64,000 nucleotides of DNA from NCBI GenBank assembly GCA_028534125.1, contig CM052816.1:51338001-51402000 (forward strand). The letters are read 5' to 3'. Both the position numbers and the translations under genes were made by a program. A model generated the notes under the pieces. That model was not told the DNA's origin and ran no database searches. It saw only the letters and a list, made by a program, of their open reading frames with translations. Below are positions 37,058 through 49,880 of this stretch, piece by piece. Position 1 is the stretch's first letter. Each line of letters starts with the position of its first letter. The DNA is from Lama glama. Taxonomy: Eukaryota.

Positions 37058-37293
37058 TCTTTCCCAAAGTGGCCACTCATTCTGTGGCGGCCCAAGAGAC
37101 TGTGAGTGATATGTTTTTCATTTACATTTAAAAACTCATATCATAGCGAAAACATGATTTCATAGATGTTACCTAGGAGGCTGGATTAAAATAGTGATTA
37201 GAAAGATTATTAGAGTAAATCATAGTGGTGGTAGAACTCATATGGCAAAAACTGTGAAAGTGGCATGTACATGATGAGGTGAGAGTAACAGTG
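37058..37293 (-). mobile_element. MER113A-like (hAT-Charlie)
   Basis: 'tttcccaaagtg...atatggcaaaaactgtgaaagtgg'. Confidence 0.6.
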
Positions 37294-37339
37294 AGTCAAT
37301 GACTGGGTCTGCTCCTATGAATATTTGGCATCGTTATTT

Positions 37340-37970
37340 TTTAAGTTCTAGAATATTTCTTTTCTATAAAGCTTTTTAAAAAATTATAAAATGCTACATT
37401 TTCACCATAGAAAATTTTAAAATTTCATAAAAAGAGAAAGGAGAAGATGAAAGTTATTGAGAAACCATCACTGAGAGATGAGCACTTAGATCTTGCATAC
37501 TGCCTTCCTACCCTCCCTCTCTCGGGCTTGCTCATGCTTGTGTTCTGTCTCTCTCCCTCTCTCTTTCCTTTATTCTTCATACTTTTAAAATAGGGGAAAT
37601 TACTGCACAAACAGATTTGCCACTGTTTTTAATTTTTTAAGTACTTTGTCATGCCATTAAATGGTCTACAAAAAGATTATTGTAATGGTTTAATAACATT
37701 CCAGCATAGGACAGTAGTTAAGAACATGTGCCTGGTTTAACCAGTCTGCCTGGTTTCAAACCCTGGCTCTGCCTTGGGTAGTTTATTTAACTGTCCTGTG
37801 CCTCCATTTCCACATTAGTAATATGGAAATAGTGGCACCTAACTCACAGAGTCAGAGGAAATGAGATAAAATACTCAGAACTGTGCCTGGCACATAGTAA
37901 GTCCTTGAAAAGTTCAGACATTATTATTTCATGTGTATTATCCTATTTAAAGCATTCCTTAGTTGTTTGA
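37340..37970 (-). mobile_element. L1ME fragment containing a + strand MIR (37707-37930)
   Basis: L1ME 3' UTR-like AT-rich text; MIR 'ctggtttcaaaccctggctctgcc...gtgcctggcacatagtaag'. Confidence 0.6.
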
Positions 37971-39354
37971 TGTTGTATGTTCTTTAGAATGTTTGTGATT
38001 CCTATAAGACCTGATCCTAGGGTCAGAAAATCCAGGAATAATAATGTAGGTGGAGCAACAGTTTATATATTCACTAATTCCCATGGCCTGTCTATTTTAG
38101 CTCTGGTTTTTACATTTCTCCTAACACTTTTGTTGTTGTTGTTGTTGTTCAAAATGTTTTCCTATCCTAGGCTGCTAACATCTGGCTCAAACAAATATGG
38201 CTAACCTCTCACATAGGAGGCAGGAGGCTGTCACTATCGTATATAATTCTTACCGCTTTGATCCTGTGACTATAGGACACAGCCAACATAGGTGGGGATT
38301 ATTCTCTTAAATATGATTGTGGTCTATGTCTTCTCTTTTTTTACTGCCACCAAAGGAAGTTCTTAGTTTGAAGAAGAAGAGACTTATTACACACAAACTT
38401 GGCCCATCTTTAAGACAGTTACTCTCACTTACTCTGCTGAAGAGTTGGATTTGTCTTAATCAACCCTCTAGGTGGAGAGTGAGCTTTAACCTCTCTGTTG
38501 CACCTTCTTGCCTGTGTATATTGGCTGATTGTGTTGTTTGGACAGTACCTTAGAGTTTCCCTTAGTATGAAGACTCCTTTCTGTACACTTCGACCTCCCT
38601 GACAGGACTGTTTGTGAGATGCATGGAGAAAATGCCTACCCCTTTCTTGAAGAGACCAAAGTTCCCACAGAGCTGCAGTCCTGCTACAGCAGAGTTCCAC
38701 CTGGTGATTCTGTTCTGCTTGAGTTGCGGGGATGACCTTGTCACTCTTGCTCACTGGAATCTCCCTCGGGAAACCTTCATCAGAGTGAGCTCTTCCTCCC
38801 TTTGGCCTTTTGACCTGTTTGGTCAGAGACCTTGTGCTGAACTTTTGAGTTTTAACCGGCTCAGTAGAGACTTGTATCATATGATTGCCATTTACCTTAT
38901 TTTCTCTGGTAATTCTCATGTCAGCATTTTGAACTGTTTATTTTCCCTAACGTTCTCAGTGATGGCTACTTCAGGTTGAAGTATTGCATAGGGAATCTTG
39001 GTGACTAGCTTAATACTCCATGCAGTCAGTGGGAATTCTAGCAAACACCCCTGAGGCTCTGTGAAAAGTTTTGCTCTTTGCAATGTCTTCTGCCACTATC
39101 AAGTTTCACTAAGCTCTGTATATAATCTACTTAAAGATATTGGGGCTGCTTTTGCTTTATTGTGCAAGAGAAAACCTTGGTTCTGCATGTTCTGCTATAA
39201 GTGGTGACTATGGGAGCGACTGCACAACACAAAGCAAGCCTATGTCTGGATGACAGAGGACAATTGTGCAATCTGCACTGGATGGCCCAACATTGCACAA
39301 ATCTGTATAATAGCAGATTAGGAAGAGCAATACCTAGATCTATAAATATATATT

Positions 39355-40300
39355 TATTGCCCTCAGCTTTTATTTTGAAAAGTTACAAACTGACAAAATT
39401 TCCAAGTACAATGAACATCCAACACCCTTTATGCAGATTCCCCAATTATTTTGTCACAATTGCTTTCTCTCTCTCATATATATGCTTTTATACATACAAA
39501 TATAAACATAAACATCATCATCATCATCATGATTGTTGTTGTTGTTGTTGTTGTTGTTGTTTTGCTGACACTTTACCCCTAAGAGTAAAGACATTCTCTG
39601 ACATAACTGTAAGGCTGGAAATTTACACTGATATGGTAACACTGTATTATATAGGCCATACGCATTTCTCAAATTGACTCTTTAGTCTCTTTTAACTTAA
39701 ATCATTTCTCAGCTTTTCTCTCTTTTGCAACATTGATTTTCATATTTTGTTGATGATATTGTTTTGTTTTACAAACTGTTTCTCAATTTGGATTGGTTTG
39801 ATTGCCTTCTCATAATGAGATTTGGGCTAACCTGGGACTTGGGAGTTGGAGCAGGAATACTACACAGATGACTTTGTGTGTGACAAATTAGGGCCCTCTT
39901 GATGTCAGCTTGGACCTCATTGGTGGTGCTCGTGTTGTCTCTCGGTGAAGGTGGTAGTCACCAGATTTCTCCATAGTTAAAGGTATATTTTCCTTTTGTA
40001 GTAAATGAGAATCTATGAGGTGAAACTTTGAACATCCCATTCCCCAGTATTCTTACACTCAACTGTTTTAGTACCCACTGATAATTTTTGACTGAATAAG
40101 TGTGATTACTATGGCGGTTGTACAATGATACTTCTTTATTTCTTCTACATTTACTAATTTATTTCCTATTTGTATGCTTTCATAGATATTTTTAAAGTTT
40201 AGTGTGTTTAGCCAATTTCTGTCATTGTTCATTCTGATGCTTGAATATTTCCAAATCGGGCCAGTGGGGACCCCTTCAAGTTGGCTGATATGCCTTTAAA
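39355..40300 (-). mobile_element. L1MC4/5-type 3' end
   Basis: 'ttttattttgaaaagttacaaac', 'gcaggaatactacacagatga', 'ggccagtggggaccccttcaagttggct'. Confidence 0.8.
39513..39561. repeat. Compound microsatellite (CAT)6 + (TTG)9
   Basis: Direct reading; explains the poly-H/C and poly-N/D runs in the ORF track. Confidence 0.95.
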
Positions 40301-40748
40301 GACTCTACTTAAAGTCTGAATTTTGGCCAATTGCATTCCAAAGCAAAGGGGATGGGGGCGGGGGGGAGAGTAAAATTCACCAACTCTGTGATTAACACTG
40401 CATGCATTATTCACTAATTCTTAGAAAAGCCTATAAAATAAGCACTATCTATATTTGAATGAGTTTTTAAAATTCTGTAATTAATATAAAAGCCTTGCTA
40501 TATAGAAATTACAGCAAAGATGGACATTCAGGATAGAACATTCAACAATATCAATAGTATAAAATGGAAGCTCACAACAGGGCCAGAACCAACATTTCCT
40601 TTATTGAGACCTGAGAAAGCCATCTTTGCTTTAGGTCTGTGCACATCTGTGTGTGTTTAACCATTTCTTTAGTGAGGTTTATCCAGAATCACATAGCATA
40701 TTCTGGGTAGTTAAATACACATAAACTAACTGTTTAGCTAACGTTGTA

Positions 40749-41468
40749 CAGTAGAAACTCTTAACCACTTCTACTGAACTAACTTGCCAGATTCACAGAT
40801 GCTCTCCATTCCCTCTGTGAACTGAATTTTGTGATATGCACAACAGGCTGAGCACACGAGGGCAGTAACCACTCTCCAATATGTCCAAGGACTTCTGCTC
40901 CCACTTCTGCTGTGGCTTACCAACCGAGCCTGATATATTTGTTCCCAAGCCTGTTTGGGTTAATTAGAATTCTGATTGTAGTATTTTAATTAATTAAATT
41001 AAGCATATTTTAATTAAATATTATTAAATATTATGAAAATTGACAAACCAGGATAGCCAAACAAAGAGTAGTTGTTATTCTGAAAATTAAGTTGAATGCT
41101 CTGGAAAATCTTGATAACCCCAAATCACTAAAAAAAAAAAAAAAAAAGAATTACTGTTACAGTAGTGGTGAACAAAAAATGTTTGAAAGACTACAACAGG
41201 AATAATAAAAGCCCCATCAGGTTCTAGATTCAGACTGCCTCAGAAATGTCTGAAACTAGAAATAGATGCATGATAGATGTGATTTATGCAAGAAAATCTT
41301 TTAAACACACATCTACACTTGAGGGGGGAGAAAAGGCCTTTGACTCTACAGCAAAATATTACCAAAGCATGTTTTGTTATTGTGTTTTTTAGGATTTGAG
41401 GCTTTAACCAAATTTTTGGATTAATTGACAGTACTGCTTTTGGTCTTATCAGATAAGGGTTTGTACTG
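40749..41468 (+). mobile_element. Tigger13a-like (TcMar-Tigger), full length
   Basis: Ends cagtagaa...tactg with TA duplications on both sides; internal 'gctctccattccctctgt', 'atatttgttcccaagcctgtttg', 'taagttgaatgct'. Confidence 0.85.
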
Positions 41469-42519
41469 TAAATTCTCATTCTATAAGGATTTCAGCCATT
41501 CTTAATTAAGGTTTCTGTGTCTTTAAAAAGCTCTCAGTTAAGGAACCATTTTAGGTACTGTTTAAAGTCTATATGTGGACTACAAACCCAACTAACCACT
41601 GCAGACCAGCCAAACAGAGCAAACATTCCCCTAGTAAGATGGTTTTTAAACAGGGTTTATGTGTGCTGAACATATGCTAGCAGAAAATGCTGTGAGACTT
41701 TATATGCTACCTGTGTATCATGTTATATGGTGCACATTATTAATAGGTTAAAGTTTTCTTTTGAATGTCTGTATTTCTGAAATGGCTTTCACTTCTTTTG
41801 TATCTTGCTAAATATCTACCAGTATTCTTGCTTTTCCTAAATTAGAACTTTAAAAAATTATCTGAGAAGATATTATATAATAGTGCAGTATTGTAAGGGC
41901 AAGGATTCCATGGCCTGTGTACTGGGTGCACCACCCTTGGCCTTAGACCTTTCCTGTTCTGAGTTCAAGCTTTTTTTTTTAGCTTCTGGCTGGGATAGCT
42001 ACTTTACCACCAGTCTAGAACAGGGCAGAACTGATGCTGTTCATATAATAAATAAAAAAAATATATTTTAAAATGTTTTTGTTTAATTAATTTATTTTAA
42101 ATTTTTATTTTAAATTTATATTTAAAAGTATTTGTGGATGATTTTTTTTCTTTCACTTCTGAAAATATTTAGGAGCTCAAATGACACTCAAATAGCCAAG
42201 ACACAGAGCCCACATTCAGCAGCTAGATTGTCCCTGGGGGAGTGGGGGGAACTTACCCAAATGCCTCCTACCGTGCTCTGTCCTCCAAGTAAATCAGTAT
42301 TTCAGAACCAATCTCTCCCCCAAGGGCTGGAGAACCAGCCTCATGCTTTCAGCAGGCGACTGTGACTGAGTACAAAAGCATGGGCATCAGAGCGTAAACA
42401 GAGCAGTGTCATGTCACATCATGTCACATCGACTTCAGTGGAGCCCCACTGTGGACTGAATCTAGTTCAGACTCCGCAGGCTGACATCTGACGTACAGAG
42501 ACCCCATGACTGCCGCCCA

Positions 42520-42935
42520 CCTTCCAGCTTTTAGTCCTACTACTCCCACGGATACACACCATGTTCCAGCAGAACAGGAAACTATCTTCTCAAATAGGTC
42601 TTGTCTTTACCTGAATTGTCTTCCCCACCCAGCTCAAACCAACCTCATCTCTGCCTACTGAAATCCTACCCATCTATCAAGGTTCTAGGTCAATTGTCTC
42701 TTTTCCTTGAAGCCTTCCTTGATTTCTCTAAGCCGTGCATCTCTCTCTCCTTTGAACCCTTAGGGCACTGAGCGTACAATGTGTCATCTACAATCATTTT
42801 TAATTTACCTCCTATGCTTCTTGGGAGGAGGCATTAGGCTTTACTCAGTTTGCATTCCCTGCAGTATGTTGCCAAGTAGGCACCTTGAACACAGAAGGTG
42901 TTTAACCTTTAAATAAATGTTTGTTGGCTGTTAGC
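42520..42935 (+). mobile_element. L2 3' region
   Basis: 'aaatcctacccatctatcaagg...tgaagccttccttgat...aataaatgtttgttg'. Confidence 0.65.
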
Positions 42936-44249
42936 TGAATTGTATAATTTCTTGACTACATAACCAACTAGTGCAATGCTGGAAGAGTTTAGGAAAAATT
43001 TTTAGGAGGTAAAGGTACATAGATTCAGAATGGAAATATTCTACTATAAACCATGAAATTCTCTGAGCTGAAAAATAACGCTTAAAATTCAGATAGAATA
43101 GTTGACTTCCAGAGATGTTTCTTTATGTATGCTATAAATAGATTTAGTGTTTATTCCAAGGCAATTTTTTATTTATGGAACACTAGGAAAAAATATTATG
43201 TTTCTTTTCTTGACACTTTCTTGTCTTCAATATTTTTGACTCAAATTATTAATTTAATTAATTATTAAAATATCAGTAGCCTTCAAAAATGACTTACGAC
43301 TGTCTACATTTTTTTGGCATTGACTGGTCAAATACACAATCCTAAAGACTGATACTTCAAATAAATACAGGGAACTACTCCTTATAAAGAAGACATTTCT
43401 ATAATTTATTATTGATACATTCTATAATGATGTATCTGTTTCCTCCTTGCTTGTCTGCCGCAGAGCTGGGTGGCAGGCAGCTGAACAAGCACTGAAAAAC
43501 TTTCCCTATTAACTTCATTCTGCAGCTCAGGATGAATTGTGACATTGACAGCATTATGGATCACTCAGGATCCTCCCCTCCCCTTTATTTTTTTCTAATA
43601 CTTTGTTCTCTAGGGGCTGAGGGGCATTTCAAGGTGGGTTCAGTGCATTAAATATGTGTGTGGTCTGACTACAGTTCCAGGATGGTATACACTAATGATC
43701 TCATTCCTGATTCTGGCTTCATTTTTATCTCGGTTTGTGCAGTGTACTCAGCTAAACCATGATCAGCCAAACCCATTCCCAATCTCACTCTTCTTGCTTT
43801 TTTGCTGAAGGGTTTCTACATGTGTCATGCAATTAGTGTCTCTCTTGGGTTTGGGGGCAAGTTCCCTTAAATGTAGACATCAAGTACAGATTTGGGGCAT
43901 CTGAAAAAGAAATGAATGGTTTAAGACTACAAAGGAAACAAAGAACAATATTCTCTTGGTTTTGGCATGATAACTGGGCTTCACAGCTTAAAGGCAAAAT
44001 TGCTGGTCTTGAGTGATAGCAGGAAATGGTTTAGTTACCTCTGTCCAAAATTCTGGCCCCACAATGATCTGTAAAAGAAGATTCTGTCAAACTCAAATAC
44101 ATTTAGACAAATGACTAGAAGTTCTGAATGATATATAAGAGGTGATCAGTATTTCTTTGGCTGAGTGCTCCTTCATATAAATAAGGGAATGTAGGTCTTA
44201 AATCCCTCTCTTTTGTCATCTTAGGGTTTCCAGAGCTCTCATATAATAC

Positions 44250-45120
44250 AGAGGGCTTTCCACTATTCCTTCTGCCTAAAATTTCTCTTTCCACAACAAA
44301 TATTCACACGGCTTGCTCTCTCTTCTCCTTCAGGTCTTTGCTCAAATGTTCCCTTCCTTCTCAGTGGGAGGTTATAATATATAGGGTGAAGTGGTCACCC
44401 AATTGCAAAGCATGTATCTAGCTTCCTGCCCTGCTTTATTTTCTCTACAGCACATATCACCACCTGAATGATTACATACGTATATTTGTTTATAGCCTGT
44501 CTCCCTCTTTAAAGCTGCACAAGGGCAAGAATTTTTTTTATTAATTAGCTCAGTGCTGTATCTTCAGCCCCTAGAAGATGCCTAGAACACAGTAAGTACT
44601 CAATAAATATTTGCTAGGTGAAAATGAGTGTATTTAGTCTTTTCCCCCACTTTGCTTATTTTCCCCACTCATCTTTTCAAAACATAAATCTGATCATGTT
44701 ACTCCCATGCTTATAAACTTCCAATTGCTCCCCATTACCTACAGAATACAACTCAAATGCCCCAGCTTGGCATGCAGAATCCCAGTCCACCTCTCCAGTC
44801 TTTCCTCTTAGCACTTAACCACTTGACAGTGTCCAAACCTGCCCTGCTCCCCGTATCTCTACACTTTTGTGCATGTTGTTCTTTTCACTTACAGTGCCCT
44901 TCCCATCTTTTTACCTGGGAAACTCTTGATCATTCATCAGGACGCATTCGAAATTTGGGCTCTTCTGGGAAGCTTTCTTTGTCCATCCCAGGCAGAATCA
45001 GCCTGTTCCTCATCTGGGCTCCTATTCTTATTACAGTACCAATGACATGCTGTTACAGTTATTTATACATTTATATTCTTCTACTAAACTGTGATATTAG
45101 CCTTATCTTTCTTTGTCCTG
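44250..45120 (+). mobile_element. Two tandem L2 3' fragments
   Basis: 'ctccttcaggtctttgctcaaatgt...gtactcaataaatatttgctagg' followed by 'aaatctgatcatgttactccc'. Confidence 0.75.
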
Positions 45121-46429
45121 TTCATTAATAAGATGATACATGTAAAGCTTTGCACAGTAGTTAGAACACAGTCGGTGCATAATCTCTCTTCCTTCCTTTC
45201 TTCCTGACAAATTTCCTTTCTTTCCTCAGAACTGAATCTGCTCAAGTTATAACATATAAACTCTTCAAAGACTGGAAACATCTTATAATAATCTTTGAAC
45301 ATAGTGAGTTCCATAGAGATTGACACTTTGCAAGATTTTTCAATGGAGTGATGGATGGATGGGGTGAATGAGTGGATGGATGGACCATCAGAGGCTAAAG
45401 TTCCAGATCCTTTCCTGAGTCACCTTCCTCCCACCCCCCTGCTTTTTTTTTTTTTTTTTTGCAATACTACTTTTGTGTATAACTGCTTCATTGCCATTCT
45501 TTCTCATAGGTATAGTTATCCCCTCATGTGCCCAGTTAGGTGGTTCCATATATTTGGGGGATATAAATGATTAATTGCAGACCCAAGTGATTAACATTGG
45601 AGACCCAAAGTTCATGTGTAAAAATAAATAAAAGCTTCATCTAAGGCTAGGCTGAAAACTGGACAAAAAAGTTAAAGTCACTATGTGGAAAGTAGCAGCT
45701 CACAATTCTTCAACTTTCAAATGTATTATTCAGTCTTCAGTGAATAAACAATGAGCAAAAAAATCTTAGAGTTGAATGCACTGGAAATTGTTTCATACTT
45801 GATTCCGAAAAGGAATTAAAAGGACTTGACATAGAATGGAGCGATTTTATCAAGGCAGAGGACACTGTGGAAGAAAGGTCACAGAATGTAGCTGAATACT
45901 CAGGGACGGCAATAAATCACGTTAGCAATCAACACACCCAGTATTCTATGCCCACCAGCAGTGGCCTGTGTTTGAAAGAAAAGTGTAAATCCCTCATTCA
46001 GCACTAAGTTTTTGCAATCCTATGCTGTAAAAAATCATTTCTTTCCAAGCCCACTCAGGAATCAGAATATGACCTGATAAATAGCCTCATTTTATTCTTG
46101 TTATTAAATACATGGGATGGGAAAAGCAACAGCATTCACAGCAGAGGATCAGGTGACAACAGCCTTCTGTTCCAGTGGTTTCCACATGGTAGACTTGTGG
46201 CCCCATGGTCCCTGCACCTCCTTAACTCTGGGAATCTCACCCACCACTACTTGACTCACCCAAGCCAGCTCCTGGATGACTCCTACTCCAATGCCTTGAA
46301 CACTGAACTCACTCTCTCTAACCATAGCATTCTATCTCTCCTCTTCTGCTATTCCTTTCCTCCTGCTGAATCCAACTACTTTAGGACCTCTAAGACCTCA
46401 TCTTGGAAACGAAATAAGAAGTTTGAGAC

Positions 46430-46822
46430 AAAGAATGCCAGTTTTCCTCCAATATTTCCCCTTTGTCCTCAGAAAAATAGAAACCCAAGTTTTATCAGGG
46501 CACATGGCTGCTCACATTAAAGGCTAATTTCTTTGTTTTCCTTGTAGCAAGGTTCTGGCCCATTCGATGGGAGTAGAAGTCACATGTACATGATTGTTTC
46601 CTTAAAAGAAAAGACTGTGCCATTTTGCTAACTAGAATGTGGACATAGTGGTGTGAGTTGTTCTGAACCATGTGAATGAGGGCAAAGCAACAAGATAAAG
46701 AGATCTTGGGCCTCTGATAACTTCTTACCAGCTCAGACTGTAATATAAGAGAGAAATAAGTTTTATTGTCTTTAAGACATTTTGGATTTCTGCAGCAGCC
46801 AAACATATAGCCCGATTTGTAC
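46430..46822 (+). mobile_element. LTR16-type ERVL LTR
   Basis: 'gggcacatggctgc...gttctggccc...gagagaaataagttt...gcagcagcc...taca'. Confidence 0.65.
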
Positions 46823-46893
46823 AGTCTTTTGCAAGTGACCTGCCCACCAAACATGTTTCTCTATCGCTGCTTTATAGCTTCTTCCATAACCAT

Positions 46894-47065
46894 CAATGGT
46901 TCTCAACTTTGGTTGGGTGTTAGAATCACCTGGGACTTTAAAAAATAAATCTCAATGCCCAGGGCTTACTGAAGATCAATGATATCTTAATTTCTAGGAG
47001 AGACTCAAGTATTAAAGTGTTTTGAGGTTTCCCAAGTGACTCTAAATGTACAGCCAGGGTTTAGA
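46894..47065. mobile_element. MER5B
   Basis: 'caatggttctcaac...ttagaatcacctggga...aatgtacagccagggtt'. Confidence 0.8.
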
Positions 47066-48814
47066 TGGTTTAGATGATCTGCTGGAGTCTTGAGAAGTGA
47101 AAGGTTTCATTCCTAGCCTGAAGTTGGAAGAAGGAAAAGAAGAAATAGAAAGTAGATTTAAAAAAGAATGATAATTCCTGATATCTCTTGCTTCAGAACT
47201 TGATAGTGCTATCCATTTTCTTGCGTGAAGTTTTGAAAACTCTCAGTTTACCAGCCATATTTTAATACAAGTAGGAAATACATTCCAAACTGTGGTTTTC
47301 AAATCTTGATTATTTTCATGATTCTGATTTCTTTCATGACAATATAGGGTTTAACCACACAATTAACATCTTGCAGAAAACCACACAGATACAAACAGGG
47401 GCACTGGGGAGGAGCAGTAACCAAGCACCCCATTGCCAAAAATAAAAAGGGGAAAGTTTACCCTAAAGAGTGACTTAAGCACTTAGGAGAATTTTTCATT
47501 CAATGTTTAAAACACCCAGACCATTTCTCGGTAAGACAGTAGGTCCTCAGGCCTGAAAGATTTGTAAGCAGAGAGAGAAAGAGACTGAAAGGGCAAAAAG
47601 TGAATGAGGGGGCCAATAATGAAAAAGATGGGGTGGGAGGGAAGGAGAGAGACTGACAGACAGACTGGCAGAGAAGTAGACGATTATAGCTGTTGAGGGG
47701 ACATTAAGTTTCAGTTCCCTTGCCACATACCTCTCCCTCCACTCACTCAGCTCCTATAAATGACTTTTCTGATTTACAGGGCAAGGGGGGAGGGGAGCTA
47801 TTCATTTCCTGTGTATTATTCTATTACTTACTAATATCTGAAACCAGACTGAGAGATGGAATAAGCTGAATGGGAGGAGGGAAGGGAGAAGTTGTAATTG
47901 TATAAATTTATTCTTTTGGACTTTGGGGGTTTTTTTGCCAGTGGGTTCATTTTATCTGATATCTTGTATGACAAAAATGCTGTTATAGTTTATTAAAATT
48001 GTAAGGGAGGAAAAAGCAAGCTTTTTTATTTTAAGTGCCAAAAGAAAGAAACCCTACGACTGATCACTTTCTAAAATTTAGCAGGGATCCAAAGTCTGAA
48101 CTAAGACACATTGTCATCACCTTTCTAGGCTGTCCTCAGCTAATGTTCCTTCTGAAACTAATGTTCCTTCTCAGAGGATATTCAGTGGAATCATGAACTG
48201 GTGTCTTTGGCTAGATCCAGTGGGAGCTGAAGAGACAGCATTTACAAAAAAGCAATTTGTCACAACTTAGATCTAGCTTTAACAAAACAGGGAATGATGT
48301 AAAGTTAGCTATCAATGAGATATAATGTGAAAAGAAAGCACATTGCACAGCCCTCATTTGAGTTAACCGGTGGAAGTTGGTTCTTAACTGTTTTTAATTA
48401 TATTATCAAAGCCCAGCCTAGGAAACAAATTTTTAAATGCATTAAGAGAAAATGCTGATGGGTTGACAAGAGTTCTACACCTTGTAATTAATCACAGAAC
48501 TCACACTTAGATGGATTAGAACTTGTTGGCTGAAATTCTAAAATAACCTTTTCAGAAGATGAGTACTTCACAGGAGAGAAAGCAACCACTGAGTCATGGA
48601 GTAGACATACTTCAAGGAGACAGAGGCAAATAGCTTTTAGTCTGATATTTTTCTGCTATACTGTATAATATTTTATTTGCTGCCTTACTGGACTTTCTTT
48701 ACCAGAACCTTACAATTCAGGCTATGGTTTTTAGAACCTCTCTTTTAGAAGGCAAGGACATTATTTATTGTGTATGGGATCTAGTTCATTAGCTAGTTGT
48801 ATACACACATTCAA

Positions 48815-49310
48815 CAAGTTTTCCAACAGTGTTTCTCTACCACATTTATCCTAATTATTAAAACCCTGATTTTGTTTGGCCACATTGTGCCTAGCCCCAG
48901 CAAGTGAATCATGACTGGCCTAAGGCTCTTATGCTACAGCTATAAGCTCTATGCCAGATGTTTGTTTTCTCAGCCTCCCCGGCAGTTAGTGTGGTCATGT
49001 GATCCAGTTCTGGCCAATCAGATGTAAGAGTGAATCTCCAGGGGCTTTCTGGGTAATAATTTACTTTCTGACAAAAGGCATAAGTATTTTAAAAGATATT
49101 CTTGTAGTGCTCCTGTTGAGATCTTTATATAAAGAAATGATCCTTGGAGCTGAAACATACATCTTGTGACTGCTTACAAGGCAACAGCTGATAGAAGATG
49201 AAGATAATGTCAAAGATGCTGACCCAGAGCCCCAGCACCTTTGAGCCACTAAACAAGCCCTGGGATTGCCTATAACTAGACTCTTGTTAAATAGACTATA
49301 AATATCCTTT
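48815..49310 (+). mobile_element. Old ERVL LTR (LTR16 group)
   Basis: 'gtggtcatgtgatccagttctggccaatcagatgtaag'. Confidence 0.6.
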
Positions 49311-49669
49311 CCTTTCAGGACATAAGTTTTTAATCACTTTGTCAGGTGATTATAGAAATGATTCTTGTTCACCTTGCCCCTTTGGTTTATTAGTCCAGTT
49401 TTATATAAATTTTAAATAATTGGTAACCTCCTCAAGAAAAGAAATAGAGTCTTTCTTTCCATGAAACCAAATAATTATTATTTTAAAAGGCTAACTAGCC
49501 TATGGTAATATTAACCATAACCACTCATAGCATTGCAGTCATTTTCAGTCAGGGATTCTGACAGACATGACAAACATTCTTCACTTGAAAGGTTGGTACT
49601 ACTGGCAATATTGTTTCCATGTTGATTAATGGACATTGTGAATTTGCCTTAAAAAAGTAATTTTTTTTA

Positions 49670-49880
49670 CTGAACTTCACATTTTACAGAGTGCCTTCAC
49701 ATGTATTAGCTCAGGTGACTCACACAACAATCTCACAAGGCAGATACTATTTTTAGCTCTGTTTTACACATAAAGATACGAAGTCTGAGGGAAACTAAGT
49801 GACTTACTCCTGCTAATTCAATTAATAACTAGAAAAACTTGGATTTAGATCAAAGCTTACATTCGTTCTGTAAAACTCTG
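49670..49880 (-). mobile_element. MIR
   Basis: 'ctcacacaacaatctcacaaggcagatactatt...taagtgactt'. Confidence 0.65.

Larger units (their letters stand above)
35221..39300 (-). pseudogene. Decayed large-exon gene or old retrocopy, tentatively CCDC87-like; TE block at 36897-37970
   Basis: Coding-like purine-rich minus strand with residual ORFs (38425-38919, 35982-36314). The C-terminal frame MENV*..DFMQK..CWRWA...V...E..L..P..HLL.....R..KTDVNEIML is in register with the CCDC87 C-terminal domain as remembered. It is followed by UTR-like sequence, ATTAAA (35276-35271) and A17 (35237-35221). Confidence 0.5.

Noticed and set aside
38562..38744. TRWNS hAT-transposase motif
   Set aside because: Isolated five-residue match with no other hAT context.
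40348..40366. Potential G-quadruplex G-runs
   Set aside because: Common motif with no supporting context.
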